Shown here one piece after another: positions 53,327 to 61,387 of a DNA stretch of 61,387 bases. The stretch covers positions 1 to 61,387 of IMG/VR virus record IMGVR_UViG_3300028103_000018; one strand, 5' to 3'. Source of the DNA: a virus. Its lineage: Duplodnaviria; Caudoviricetes. Within the stretch, counting starts at the first letter, position 1; each line of letters starts with the position of its first letter. The position numbers and the translations under genes were made by a program. A model generated the notes under the pieces. That model did not search any database. It worked only from the letters and a program-made list of their open reading frames with translations, and had not been told where the DNA came from.

Positions 53327-53336
53327 AGGAGGCAAC

Positions 53337-53660
53337 ATGACCTACAGCATGATCATTTCCACTGAAGACGTTTACGGGAACAGCAACCCCAAGATCCCGT
53401 CTGGCTACGTGAAGACCGGGGAGTTTCGACCGCCTCGCACTGGCGACTTCTTCCTGAACTCCACCGAAACTTCTGCCATGCGGGCCTCGCACAACCACTC
53501 GACCGGGAACCCGCGCATTATCCTGCGAAAGCTCGACGAGAAAGAGTTGTTCATCCAACAGGCGCTCTCGTTCCTGAAATCACTGCCTCTCAATGGGGGC
53601 CGCTACTCTCAGGATCACTGGGATCTGATCCTTAAAGCGGAGGAACTGCTCGATGTTTAA
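53337..53660 (+). CDS. Hypothetical protein
   Basis: SD AAGGAGG; TGEFRPP..GD.FL...PRIIL motif. Confidence 0.7.
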   Translation: MTYSMIISTEDVYGNSNPKIPSGYVKTGEFRPPRTGDFFLNSTETSAMRASHNHSTGNPRIILRKLDEKELFIQQALSFLKSLPLNGGRYSQDHWDLILKAEELLDV

Positions 53661-53976
53661 CCCTACCGAACTCTTCGGCGCGATCAGCGCAATCGCCCTG
53701 CGCGATGGCTTTACCCAGCTATCCGCACTCCGCAAGCGCCTGGAAGATCAGCCAAGCTTGGCTTCTCAGGATTGCTACATCATCCTGAACGAGTTCGAGT
53801 CCGACATCTTCCCGGTCACTGACTGCGAAGCCAAGTACACGGCTACGGTGAAGCCGTTCTTCATGAGCTTCGCGAAGAAGCACCAGACCTACTTGTACAA
53901 GTCCCAGGAGGAGTCCATCGATACGGTTGAGCGTGAAACCATGGTCAACCAGATTATCGACGGCGCGAAGTTCTAA
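53653..53976 (+). CDS. Hypothetical protein
   Basis: SD GGAGG; coupled to neighbours. Confidence 0.65.
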   Translation: MFNPTELFGAISAIALRDGFTQLSALRKRLEDQPSLASQDCYIILNEFESDIFPVTDCEAKYTATVKPFFMSFAKKHQTYLYKSQEESIDTVERETMVNQIIDGAKF

Positions 53977-54383
53977 TGCGCCTAGTGATCGACGATGCCG
54001 GGAGATCCGCATCCCGGCACCCTCAAGAACAGAACGACTGCTCCGTCCGCGCTATCGCAAAGTGCCTGGGTATCCCCTACGACAAGGCATACTCCATGCT
54101 AGTCCGGCAAGGCAGGGAGCAGGACAAGCCGTTCCATGTAGTCGCGTATCTCAAGCGTCACCGCAAGTTCGACGGCGCTCAACACAAGGTCAAGTACGGG
54201 TATCGAATCATCAAGCTGCATCAGTTTGCCGAGGACAACCCCGAAGGCTCGTATGTAGTCCTGGTCAATCGGCACGTCACAGCGTGCATAGACGGGATCA
54301 TATACGACGATCATACACTGGCACCCTATCGCAGAGTGTATGCATCCTGGAAGCTCAAACAACACAAGGTAGCCACAACTTGA
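53976..54383 (+). CDS. Putative Cys-His papain-like fold protein
   Basis: NDCSVRAIA...G.YVV....HVTA.IDG.IYD. Confidence 0.6.
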   Translation: MRLVIDDAGRSASRHPQEQNDCSVRAIAKCLGIPYDKAYSMLVRQGREQDKPFHVVAYLKRHRKFDGAQHKVKYGYRIIKLHQFAEDNPEGSYVVLVNRHVTACIDGIIYDDHTLAPYRRVYASWKLKQHKVATT

Positions 54384-54409
54384 CAACATACTTGTCAGTG
54401 TGTTATCCT
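54380..54409 (+). promoter_or_regulatory. Early sigma70 promoter
   Basis: TTGACA-N18-TATCCT; spacer TCAGTGTGT shared with the 50146 promoter. Confidence 0.7.
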
Positions 54410-54448
54410 ATAAACAAGTGGGCATAAGTCCACTGCAACCCAACAAGA

Positions 54449-54464
54449 TGTCCAAATTTGGACA
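54449..54464. promoter_or_regulatory. 16-bp palindrome, copy 5
   Basis: TGTCCAAATTTGGACA between promoter and RBS. Confidence 0.85.
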
Positions 54465-54484
54465 CAAACCCAGGAGACAATCAC

Positions 54485-55513
54485 ATGTTCGCCACTCAAT
54501 TCAAGAAGGCTCTTCAGTACGCCATCAATGCTCAGGTCCCCCTGTGGGTCTGGGGTCAAGCGGGTATCGGCAAGTCTGCCATCATCCGCACCGTCACCGC
54601 CGCCCTGCGCCGGGAGCATATCGACGTGCGCCCTACTCAGATGGACCCCGTTGACATGGGCATCCCCTACGTCAAGGACGGTGTCTGTTTCCGCGCCATC
54701 CCCAACTGGCTCCCCAAGGACGGCAAAACCCTGATCGCCGTCGAGGAACTGCCGGATGCCCCCATGTCCGTGCAGTGCGCCCTCTACCAGTTGGTCCTGG
54801 AGCGCCGCCTGGGCGACTACCAGCTTCCTGACGGCGCGTACATCTGCGCCACGGGCAACCGGGCCAAGGACGGCGGCAATTTTAACCAGCCCCCGGCACC
54901 CTTGATGAACCGATTCCTGCACCTCGAGCTTGAGTCGGGCTACGACTCCTGGCTGGAGTGGGCAGCGGGTGGATACAGCAACGACGAGGTGGAGATCATC
55001 GCCCCTCGCCCGATCACCCCGCACATTCGCCCCGAGATCCGCGCCTTCTTTGGCTACCGCAAGGATCTCCTCGTGCAGCAGCCGCACAAGAACGACTACG
55101 CCTTCTGCACCCCGCGCTCTGTCGAGTTCCTCTCCCGCATCCTTGACCAGCAGCCGAGCGAGGACGTGGTTGGCGAGATGATCCGTGGCACCATCGGCAG
55201 TGGCACCGGGTACGAGTTCCTGGGCTTCCTGAAGACGTGGCAGAGCCTGCCGCAACTGAGCGCCATAATCCGCGATCCCGAGTCCGTCCCCGTGCCGAAG
55301 GATCTGTCGGCCAACTACGCGACTGCGATCTACTTGTCCTCCAACTGGGACAAGCAGAACTCGAAGCCGCTCTGCACCTACATCCAGCGCCTCTCGCCGG
55401 AGTACGGATGCCTCTTCCTCAAGGACGTGTGCAAGCGGGACAAAGCTGCACCCACGTCTCGCCCGATCATCGAGATGATCTCTCGCCCCGAATACTCGCA
55501 GTTGATGTTCTAA
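54485..55513 (+). CDS. MoxR-like AAA+ ATPase
   Basis: WGQAGIGKS (Walker A), IAVEEL (Walker B), ATGN, LMNRF, TPRS. Confidence 0.85.
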   Translation: MFATQFKKALQYAINAQVPLWVWGQAGIGKSAIIRTVTAALRREHIDVRPTQMDPVDMGIPYVKDGVCFRAIPNWLPKDGKTLIAVEELPDAPMSVQCALYQLVLERRLGDYQLPDGAYICATGNRAKDGGNFNQPPAPLMNRFLHLELESGYDSWLEWAAGGYSNDEVEIIAPRPITPHIRPEIRAFFGYRKDLLVQQPHKNDYAFCTPRSVEFLSRILDQQPSEDVVGEMIRGTIGSGTGYEFLGFLKTWQSLPQLSAIIRDPESVPVPKDLSANYATAIYLSSNWDKQNSKPLCTYIQRLSPEYGCLFLKDVCKRDKAAPTSRPIIEMISRPEYSQLMF

Positions 55514-55537
55514 CACCAGGAGATACAGGAGAATACC

Positions 55538-56449
55538 ATGCTCAACAACAATGCAGTCCTCGTTCGCTTCGCCGTCAGCCAGTGGACGGCCAGGAAGTTC
55601 GACAAGAAGGCGACCTCTGAGGTTGAAGCCATTCACAGCGCCAATCGTCCGGTCTATCGATCCGTACCGATAGCCGTTGACTCGCTCGGGCGCTTCAACA
55701 AGCAGCTTGCTGCGAAGAAGTACCTCCAGGAACTCTCGAGCAACATTGCCCTGGCGCGTAAGTTCCACTACGAGCAGACCCTGCCCTGGCTTGACGCGGA
55801 TGGCGTCCGCATCCTGCCCACGGCCAACTTCAATGCCTACCAGGAGGGCATGTCTGCCTTCCACTCGAAACATCAGGCGGCGCTTGACCGATTCGTGGCA
55901 AGCTACCCCGATGTAATCGACGAGGCGCGGTATCGTCTTAACGGATTGTTCGATCCGACCGAGTTCCCGCACGTCACCGAGATTCGCGGCAAGTTCGACT
56001 GGTCGGTCAGCTTCTCTCCGGTGCCTGAGGCCGGGGACTTCCGGGTGGATCTCCAGCAGTCCATCCTTGATCAGATGGAGCGGGACATGCAGCAGCGCCT
56101 GTCTGCCAACTACGACAGCGCCGTGCTGGATCTCTTCGAGCGCATCTACGTCCAGACTTCGCACGTTGCCGAGCGCCTGGAGAACTACACGGGTACTCGT
56201 GAGGGCTGCTTCCGCGACAGTCTGATCGAGAACACCGTCGAGCTTGCCTCCCTCTTGCCCCGGCTGAACGTCACGGGCAACCGGAAGCTCAACGATCTGG
56301 CGCGGCGCATCGACGAGGAACTGTGCCAGTACAAGCCTGATGTCCTGCGAGAGAATGACGCTGCTCGTATCGATGTTGCTGCTCAGGCGAAGTCGATTGC
56401 CGAGGACGCTGCCGCTATCGCGAAGAGCATGGGGGCGCTGTTCGCCTAA
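55538..56449 (+). CDS. DUF3150-like protein
   Basis: W.ARK.DK..T, TLPW...G.RILP, L.GLF..EFP; lies between MoxR and VWA genes. Confidence 0.65.
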   Translation: MLNNNAVLVRFAVSQWTARKFDKKATSEVEAIHSANRPVYRSVPIAVDSLGRFNKQLAAKKYLQELSSNIALARKFHYEQTLPWLDADGVRILPTANFNAYQEGMSAFHSKHQAALDRFVASYPDVIDEARYRLNGLFDPTEFPHVTEIRGKFDWSVSFSPVPEAGDFRVDLQQSILDQMERDMQQRLSANYDSAVLDLFERIYVQTSHVAERLENYTGTREGCFRDSLIENTVELASLLPRLNVTGNRKLNDLARRIDEELCQYKPDVLRENDAARIDVAAQAKSIAEDAAAIAKSMGALFA

Positions 56450-56472
56450 CCAAACTACACAAGGAGAAACAT

Positions 56473-57657
56473 ATGAACATCACGATGTACACCCCGTCTA
56501 CCGATCAGCAGCGCGAAGCTGCCGCCAAGATCATCCGTCAGAACGTACGCATGGCAATCGGCAACGAACCCTTCTTCGGTTCCATCGCCCTGCGCCTGCC
56601 GTGGGTTGCCGACGACACCTGCCCCACCATGGCGACCGATGGCAAGTGCGTGATCTACAACCCCGCCTTCGTCCTGGAGATGAGCGCCGAGGAAGTCAAG
56701 GCTGTTGCGATTCACGAGATCATGCACGTTGCCCTGCTCCATCCCCTCCGGCTGAACGGGCGCGACCCGATGCGCGCCAACATGGCGATGGACTACGCTA
56801 TCAACCTCTTGCTGGCTGATGCTGGGTACAAGCTGCCGCAGGGTGCGTTGATCGACCGGACGTATGCCGATATGTCCTGGGAGCAGATCTACGATCTCCT
56901 TCCGGCGCAACCGAAGGGCAAGGGCAAGAGCAGCGGTGACGGCTCCGGCTCCGGTCGCGACTACAGCAACGGCGATGTCCTCGACCCCAAGGGTACTGTC
57001 GAAGAGCGCCAGAAGATGGAGGAGGAGATCAAGACCATCACGACCCAGGCTGAGTCCAACGCCCAGGCGGCTGGCAAGATGCCGGGTAACCTGCGCGATG
57101 TTCTTCTCAAGTCCCGCGAACCCGAGGAGGACTACCGCCACCTCTTCGAGAAGTTCGTGGCACCGATCTACCCTCGCGATTACACTTGGCAGCGCCCCTC
57201 TCGCCGCTTTATCGGGCAGGACATGTACCTGCCGAGCGTCCTCAAGGATGGCGTGGGTGAGTTGATGGTCGCCGTCGATACCTCCGGCTCTATCTCGCAT
57301 GACGTGCTGGAGAACTTCGTCGGCATGATCAACCACTTCCTGACCCGCGTGAAGCCTGAGAAGCTCCACGTTGTGTACTGTGATGCCTCCGTCTACAAGC
57401 ATGACCAGTTCGAGCCGGGAGCGCCGATGGAACTGGACGGGTGCAAGGTGCAGTCTGGCGGCACTCGCTTCTCTCCGGTGTTCAAGTACGCCCAGGATAA
57501 CGAGATCAAGCCCAAGTGCTGCGTGTACCTGACGGACCTGGAGTGCTACGACTTCGGGCCGGAGCCGGAGTACCCGGTGCTGTGGATGCAGTACGGCGGA
57601 TTTAGGGGCGAGGTTCCCTTCGGGCAGATTGTGAAGATCAAGACCGTCAAAGCCTAA
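56473..57657 (+). CDS. DUF2201-type metallopeptidase plus VWA domain protein
   Basis: TMATDG, HEIMH, N.AMD.AIN; MIDAS DTSGS; GGT.F; YLTD. Confidence 0.85.
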   Translation: MNITMYTPSTDQQREAAAKIIRQNVRMAIGNEPFFGSIALRLPWVADDTCPTMATDGKCVIYNPAFVLEMSAEEVKAVAIHEIMHVALLHPLRLNGRDPMRANMAMDYAINLLLADAGYKLPQGALIDRTYADMSWEQIYDLLPAQPKGKGKSSGDGSGSGRDYSNGDVLDPKGTVEERQKMEEEIKTITTQAESNAQAAGKMPGNLRDVLLKSREPEEDYRHLFEKFVAPIYPRDYTWQRPSRRFIGQDMYLPSVLKDGVGELMVAVDTSGSISHDVLENFVGMINHFLTRVKPEKLHVVYCDASVYKHDQFEPGAPMELDGCKVQSGGTRFSPVFKYAQDNEIKPKCCVYLTDLECYDFGPEPEYPVLWMQYGGFRGEVPFGQIVKIKTVKA

Positions 57658-57688
57658 CGACAAACATCAGGAGACTTCAGGAGACTTT

Positions 57689-58648
57689 ATGATTACCGAC
57701 TACACTGCACTGCTATCCATGGGGAAGGCGGAGATCCTTCTCCATGACGGGACCACTGTCGAGAAAGACATTATCTGGAACAAGGACTGTGCCATCGACA
57801 TCCAGGGAAAGCGAGGGGAGTTCTCGTACCAGAGGATTCGCTGGGACGGAGAGAGGTGGAGGGCGGTTGAAATCTATGTGCGGGGTAACGAGGACAGGGC
57901 TATATCCCGGCTGCTGGTCGAAAGGTTTCTCCAAGTTGTTCCCTGCTCTTCCCCTCGCAATCGGCTGAAAGAGTTGGCCTTATTCCTTGGGCAATCGGTT
58001 CGCAGTCTGTCTGCGGCGAACCATGTTCTTGAACTGGTCAATCGCAGGCTGCTGAAACTGGAAAGAGAACCCAAGGCTTTCGGCAGGCCAGCCTACACTG
58101 GCTACTACTCGCATAACGTATTTATCAAACGAGAGGATAAGTACACCGACAGGCAGCGGGATGTAAGAAGGTTGTCATCTAAGCGCAACTCCGATCTCAA
58201 AGCCCTGGTCTCCTCGTGCGTGAACGCTTACAGCAATTTCTGCGCCGACTTCAACTACGGCTCCAGCATGGCGCTGGCCGACAGGAGAAGGGGGTGGACC
58301 CTGCGGTTTCGGGACATGAAAGTGGTTGCCTACAACGATGACGGCAACATCAAGAGGGAGGTGGACCTCTCTCCCTTCGACCTTACTTCTCCCTCTTTTG
58401 TGGCGCTCTTTGGAATCCGCAATGCGTTCTGCGCCAGTATCGTAGAGGAAACAGGTGATACTGTATGCCTCCAGGTGTACAGCAAGAACTCAAAGCCCAA
58501 GGGATATATTTGCGCCGACAAGAACAGCAAGGGGCATATCTTCAACCAGAAGGACCCTGGCAGGTGGATCAGCCTGTACAAGTACTCGCTTGATGATATC
58601 GGAGCCAGCAAGGCAGAGGCGTATGCCAGAATGCTTGCCAAGTCCTGA
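57689..58648 (+). CDS. Hypothetical protein
   Basis: 319-aa ORF with duplicated SD AGGAG. Confidence 0.7.
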   Translation: MITDYTALLSMGKAEILLHDGTTVEKDIIWNKDCAIDIQGKRGEFSYQRIRWDGERWRAVEIYVRGNEDRAISRLLVERFLQVVPCSSPRNRLKELALFLGQSVRSLSAANHVLELVNRRLLKLEREPKAFGRPAYTGYYSHNVFIKREDKYTDRQRDVRRLSSKRNSDLKALVSSCVNAYSNFCADFNYGSSMALADRRRGWTLRFRDMKVVAYNDDGNIKREVDLSPFDLTSPSFVALFGIRNAFCASIVEETGDTVCLQVYSKNSKPKGYICADKNSKGHIFNQKDPGRWISLYKYSLDDIGASKAEAYARMLAKS

Positions 58649-58652
58649 AGAC

Positions 58653-60449
58653 CTACATGTAGTCGGGGTCGCTGTCATCGCCAAACATTTCCGCCACCGA
58701 AGGCGATTGGTTCAGGCTAGGCAGTTCGTAGTAGGTACTCGTGGGGATGTCGTACTTCAATCGCGCCATCCCTTGCTTTCCTACCCACTTGAAGCGGCAC
58801 TTCCAGGAATGGATCTCAACGTACCCATCCATGTCTCGGCGCTGTACAGTGATCCCGCAGTCGGTCTTGTTGTACCAGTGGGCTGACCCGCTGATGTCGT
58901 ATCCAGTCGGCACTGGGATCTTGCCGCCCTCTCGCATCATTTTGGCCGGGTGCGCCACGAACCAGACGTGTACCTGATACGTCTTGGCAAACGCAGACAC
59001 GCGGGATAGCATGCTGGACACCGCTTCAGTCTCGTTTGAATCCTTACTACGCTGAACCTCGATGCAGTTGTAGGGATCTATAACCAACCCCTTGATACCG
59101 AATCTAATCACGGCAGCGTATGCTCTATCCAGCAAGCTGTCGAGTGTAGGCAGATCCTTCGAGGATGCAAAGTCCAGGAAGACGAAGTGATCCTGGCACC
59201 ACCTGTGCGCCCTCTTCGCCTCATCAATCGTCATGCACCCAGGCCAACCCTGGAAGAAAGGCTTCTTCATGTACATCTCGGACAGCTTCGCCAGATGTTT
59301 GGCGGGTTCGTTCTCCATGCTGGCTACAGCGAACTTCCACTCGTTACGCTGCGCCAGATTCACCATGATCTGGTCGAGGAAGTTGCTCTTGCCGGAGGAG
59401 GGGACGCCAGTCACTACGGTCATCTGCCCCGGCGCTACAGTATAGATCTCGTCCACGTTGGCAAACCCTGTACTCTCACCCTTACCATCGCCCTTCAGGA
59501 ACAAGTCCATGACCTGCTCGTAGTAGTGGTCAGCGGTGTTCAGCGCCGTCAATGGAAGGGGCTTGGCGTTGTCGAGGATGTTCTGTAGTGCATCCCTGCC
59601 GTGCTTCATCAGCACATCGTTCAGGTCTTTGCAGTTGTTCGGGTAGTCCAGGGTCAGGCACTTCGAGCGCCCGAATCTGCGGGTCAGTTCTTCTTGCAGG
59701 GCTTTGCCGGGTCCATCGTTGTCGGTCGCCAGGACGTAGGTCTTGAACCGCTCCAGGAAGTCCTGCAACTCCGAGAACCACGAGAACCTCTGGCTTGTGT
59801 TCTTCTCTCCCTTCGCTGGCGCTCCAGCAGGGACAGACACCCAGTTGGAAGCGCCAACCTCAGCCACACTCAGGGCATCCATCTCGCCCTCGCAAATCAC
59901 AAGCGGCAGTTCGTAGTCGAACTTCTGCTGCAATCCAAACAACAACCCTCCAGCGCCAGGATCTTGTGTGAACTTCTTCTCTCTCACCGAGCGATACTTG
60001 GAGGAAATGAGAGTGCCGGATAGATCGTAGTAGGGGAAGGCGATGCACCGTGTCTCCCCTCCCTCACGGAAGAACTTAGTCACACTGAAGAGCTTCGCTT
60101 CGGTCGCTGTCCTGAGCGAGATCCCACGCATCTTCAGGTACTCCATGTGATCAAGCTCTACTCGCACTTCACCCAGCACTGGTTGTGGCGCTGGCTCCGG
60201 CTCGTCCGCAAATAAAGAATCGAGGTCTTCAATGTTCATATCGTCGTCTCCCATGTCTCCAATCACTCCCGAGATAGAGCAGTGGTGGCAGCAGTACACT
60301 GCCCCCTTGTCTCCGTGCGACCAGGACAGCACTGGCTCTGTCGAGTTCCTGCGGTTCGGGCTGCATGCAGGACACGGTGTTCTCCATGACCCACGGTTGC
60401 TCTCCATGAACTGCTCTGCCAGTCTTCGTAGTTCGGGCGTCTCCATCAC
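58653..60449 (-). CDS. Primase-helicase (T7 gp4/Twinkle-like)
   Basis: CPAC..CHHC Zn finger; TOPRIM EGEMD and DND..G; GVPSSGKS, VIDPYN, VAHPAK, DISGSA. Confidence 0.92.
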   Translation of the reverse strand: MMETPELRRLAEQFMESNRGSWRTPCPACSPNRRNSTEPVLSWSHGDKGAVYCCHHCSISGVIGDMGDDDMNIEDLDSLFADEPEPAPQPVLGEVRVELDHMEYLKMRGISLRTATEAKLFSVTKFFREGGETRCIAFPYYDLSGTLISSKYRSVREKKFTQDPGAGGLLFGLQQKFDYELPLVICEGEMDALSVAEVGASNWVSVPAGAPAKGEKNTSQRFSWFSELQDFLERFKTYVLATDNDGPGKALQEELTRRFGRSKCLTLDYPNNCKDLNDVLMKHGRDALQNILDNAKPLPLTALNTADHYYEQVMDLFLKGDGKGESTGFANVDEIYTVAPGQMTVVTGVPSSGKSNFLDQIMVNLAQRNEWKFAVASMENEPAKHLAKLSEMYMKKPFFQGWPGCMTIDEAKRAHRWCQDHFVFLDFASSKDLPTLDSLLDRAYAAVIRFGIKGLVIDPYNCIEVQRSKDSNETEAVSSMLSRVSAFAKTYQVHVWFVAHPAKMMREGGKIPVPTGYDISGSAHWYNKTDCGITVQRRDMDGYVEIHSWKCRFKWVGKQGMARLKYDIPTSTYYELPSLNQSPSVAEMFGDDSDPDYM

Positions 60450-60492
60450 TCAAGGGTACATCAGGAACCCGAAAAAAGGAACACATTTGCGC

Positions 60493-60521
60493 TTGTCAGC
60501 ATTCGCGCATTCCTGTATCCT
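60493..60521 (+). promoter_or_regulatory. Sigma70 promoter, leaderless start
   Basis: TTGTCA-N17-TATCCT-N6-ATG. Confidence 0.7.
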
Positions 60522-60527
60522 GTCTTC

Positions 60528-60782
60528 ATGGCGCGGCTCACAGTTGAGATCCCCGACAAGCTGCATCGGGATTTAAAAGTAGCAGCGATTGAAAGGGAAA
60601 CCACGGTCAAGAGACTAGCAACAGATGCCCTATACAACGAGATCCTTCGGGAACAGACACGACCTACCGGAGCCAGTGTGCGCGGTGCTGACGGCGGACA
60701 CCTACGACCGGGGCAATGCAAACATATCGGTCACGGGCCTGATCCAATCCCCACGGGTTCGGATCCTGAGCAAGAGTGGTAA
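60528..60782 (+). CDS. Ribbon-helix-helix regulator (ParG/Arc-like)
   Basis: RLTVEIPDKLHRDLKVAAIERETTVKRL..DAL. Confidence 0.75.
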   Translation: MARLTVEIPDKLHRDLKVAAIERETTVKRLATDALYNEILREQTRPTGASVRGADGGHLRPGQCKHIGHGPDPIPTGSDPEQEW

Positions 60783-61387
60783 CCGCTTCGACGTAGCAGA
60801 CATGGTCTGGCCTTCGTTTGGGACGGCATGGCACTCACATGCCCAGGCCGCACTTCAGGACTACAATCCCGATTGGATCGTCGAGGAGCGGTACTTCGTC
60901 GATGTCAACGGCTGGGTTGTCTCCGGTCAGGCGGACCTCCAGACTACCAAAGATGACGGCACGATTCACCTCTGGGACTGGAAGGTTACGACCACCTCAA
61001 AGATTGCCAAGGGCTTGGCGGCAGAGTGGGAGCAGCAGTTGAATTGCTACGCCTATCTGATCCGGCGCTCTACGGGAAAGATCGTCACCAGCGCCACGGT
61101 TCTGGCAATCATGCGAGACTACAGGCGGAACCTCTTCAAGCGCCAGGGTAACGGTGAGTGTGCGGTGAAAGTGATTGAGATCAATCTGTGGCCGAAAGAG
61201 CAGCAGGAGTCGTACATCAAGCAACGTGTGGCGCTGCACCAGGAGGCAGAGATGTCTCAGGCGATGGGCGAAAGGCTGATATACTGCACCGGACTGGAGC
61301 AGTGGAGGGGTCCTGACTCCTTCGCGGTGATGGTCGAGGGCAAGAGCCGTGCCAAGATGATCTGCGAAACCGAGACGGAAGCAGAGT
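60625..61387 (+). CDS. PD-(D/E)XK exonuclease, N-terminal part (continues at position 1)
   Basis: Absent from the ORF track because it has no stop in the window; ISVTGLI.SPR, FGTAWH, EER, SGQADL, DWKVT, QQLNCYAYL. Confidence 0.85.
   Translation, partial: MPYTTRSFGNRHDLPEPVCAVLTADTYDRGNANISVTGLIQSPRVRILSKSGNRFDVADMVWPSFGTAWHSHAQAALQDYNPDWIVEERYFVDVNGWVVSGQADLQTTKDDGTIHLWDWKVTTTSKIAKGLAAEWEQQLNCYAYLIRRSTGKIVTSATVLAIMRDYRRNLFKRQGNGECAVKVIEINLWPKEQQESYIKQRVALHQEAEMSQAMGERLIYCTGLEQWRGPDSFAVMVEGKSRAKMICETETEAE

Noticed and set aside
48395-54464. Palindrome copies as a CRISPR or mini-array
   Set aside because: Spacing is irregular (about 0.1-3.4 kb) with genes between copies, the repeat is too short, and no cas operon is present.
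54395-56164. 589-aa minus-strand ORF (and the 402-aa ORF at 56455-57663)
   Set aside because: Antisense shadows of strongly codon-biased MoxR/DUF3150/VWA genes; no motifs or RBS.
1-61387. Alternative genetic code or DNA hypermodification pathway
   Set aside because: Standard-code ORFs tile the genome; no suppressor tRNA and no recognisable base-modification genes beyond dut and thyX.

Overview
The window is an apparently complete, circularly assembled ~61.4 kb dsDNA tailed-phage genome: bases 1-14 equal 61374-61387, and a PD-(D/E)XK nuclease ORF reads through the join. It has a podovirus-like morphogenesis module, with no tape-measure or sheath gene recognised. Layout: (i) 60.5 kb to 6.1 kb (+): recombination and nucleotide genes (exonuclease, ERF, tyrosine recombinase, RuvC-like, dUTPase) and an M15 endolysin. 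(ii) 6.1-41.9 kb (-): virion module with TerL carrying a class-3 intein, portal, GroES-like, scaffold, MCP, adaptors, three fibre genes, ejection proteins, an LPD38 protein and two HNH endonucleases. (iii) 42-49 kb: control region with four Xis/AlpA-type HTH genes around a promoter-driven, densely structured ~600-nt non-coding region, two candidate sRNAs, tRNA-Arg(CCU), thyX, a tandem array of nine diverged small paralogues, and TerS. (iv) 49-58.6 kb (+): early region punctuated by a 16-bp palindrome, two type II hammerhead ribozymes, a stand-alone Csx16-like putative ring nuclease and a MoxR/DUF3150/VWA cassette. (v) a T7 gp4-like primase-helicase (-). No DNA polymerase or CI repressor was recognised. 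The best novelty candidates are the large ncRNA, the nine-gene paralogue array, the Csx16-like gene plus hammerhead unit, and an sRNA with an anti-Shine-Dalgarno loop matching early-gene RBSs. All family calls come from motif recognition by eye; no database search was run.
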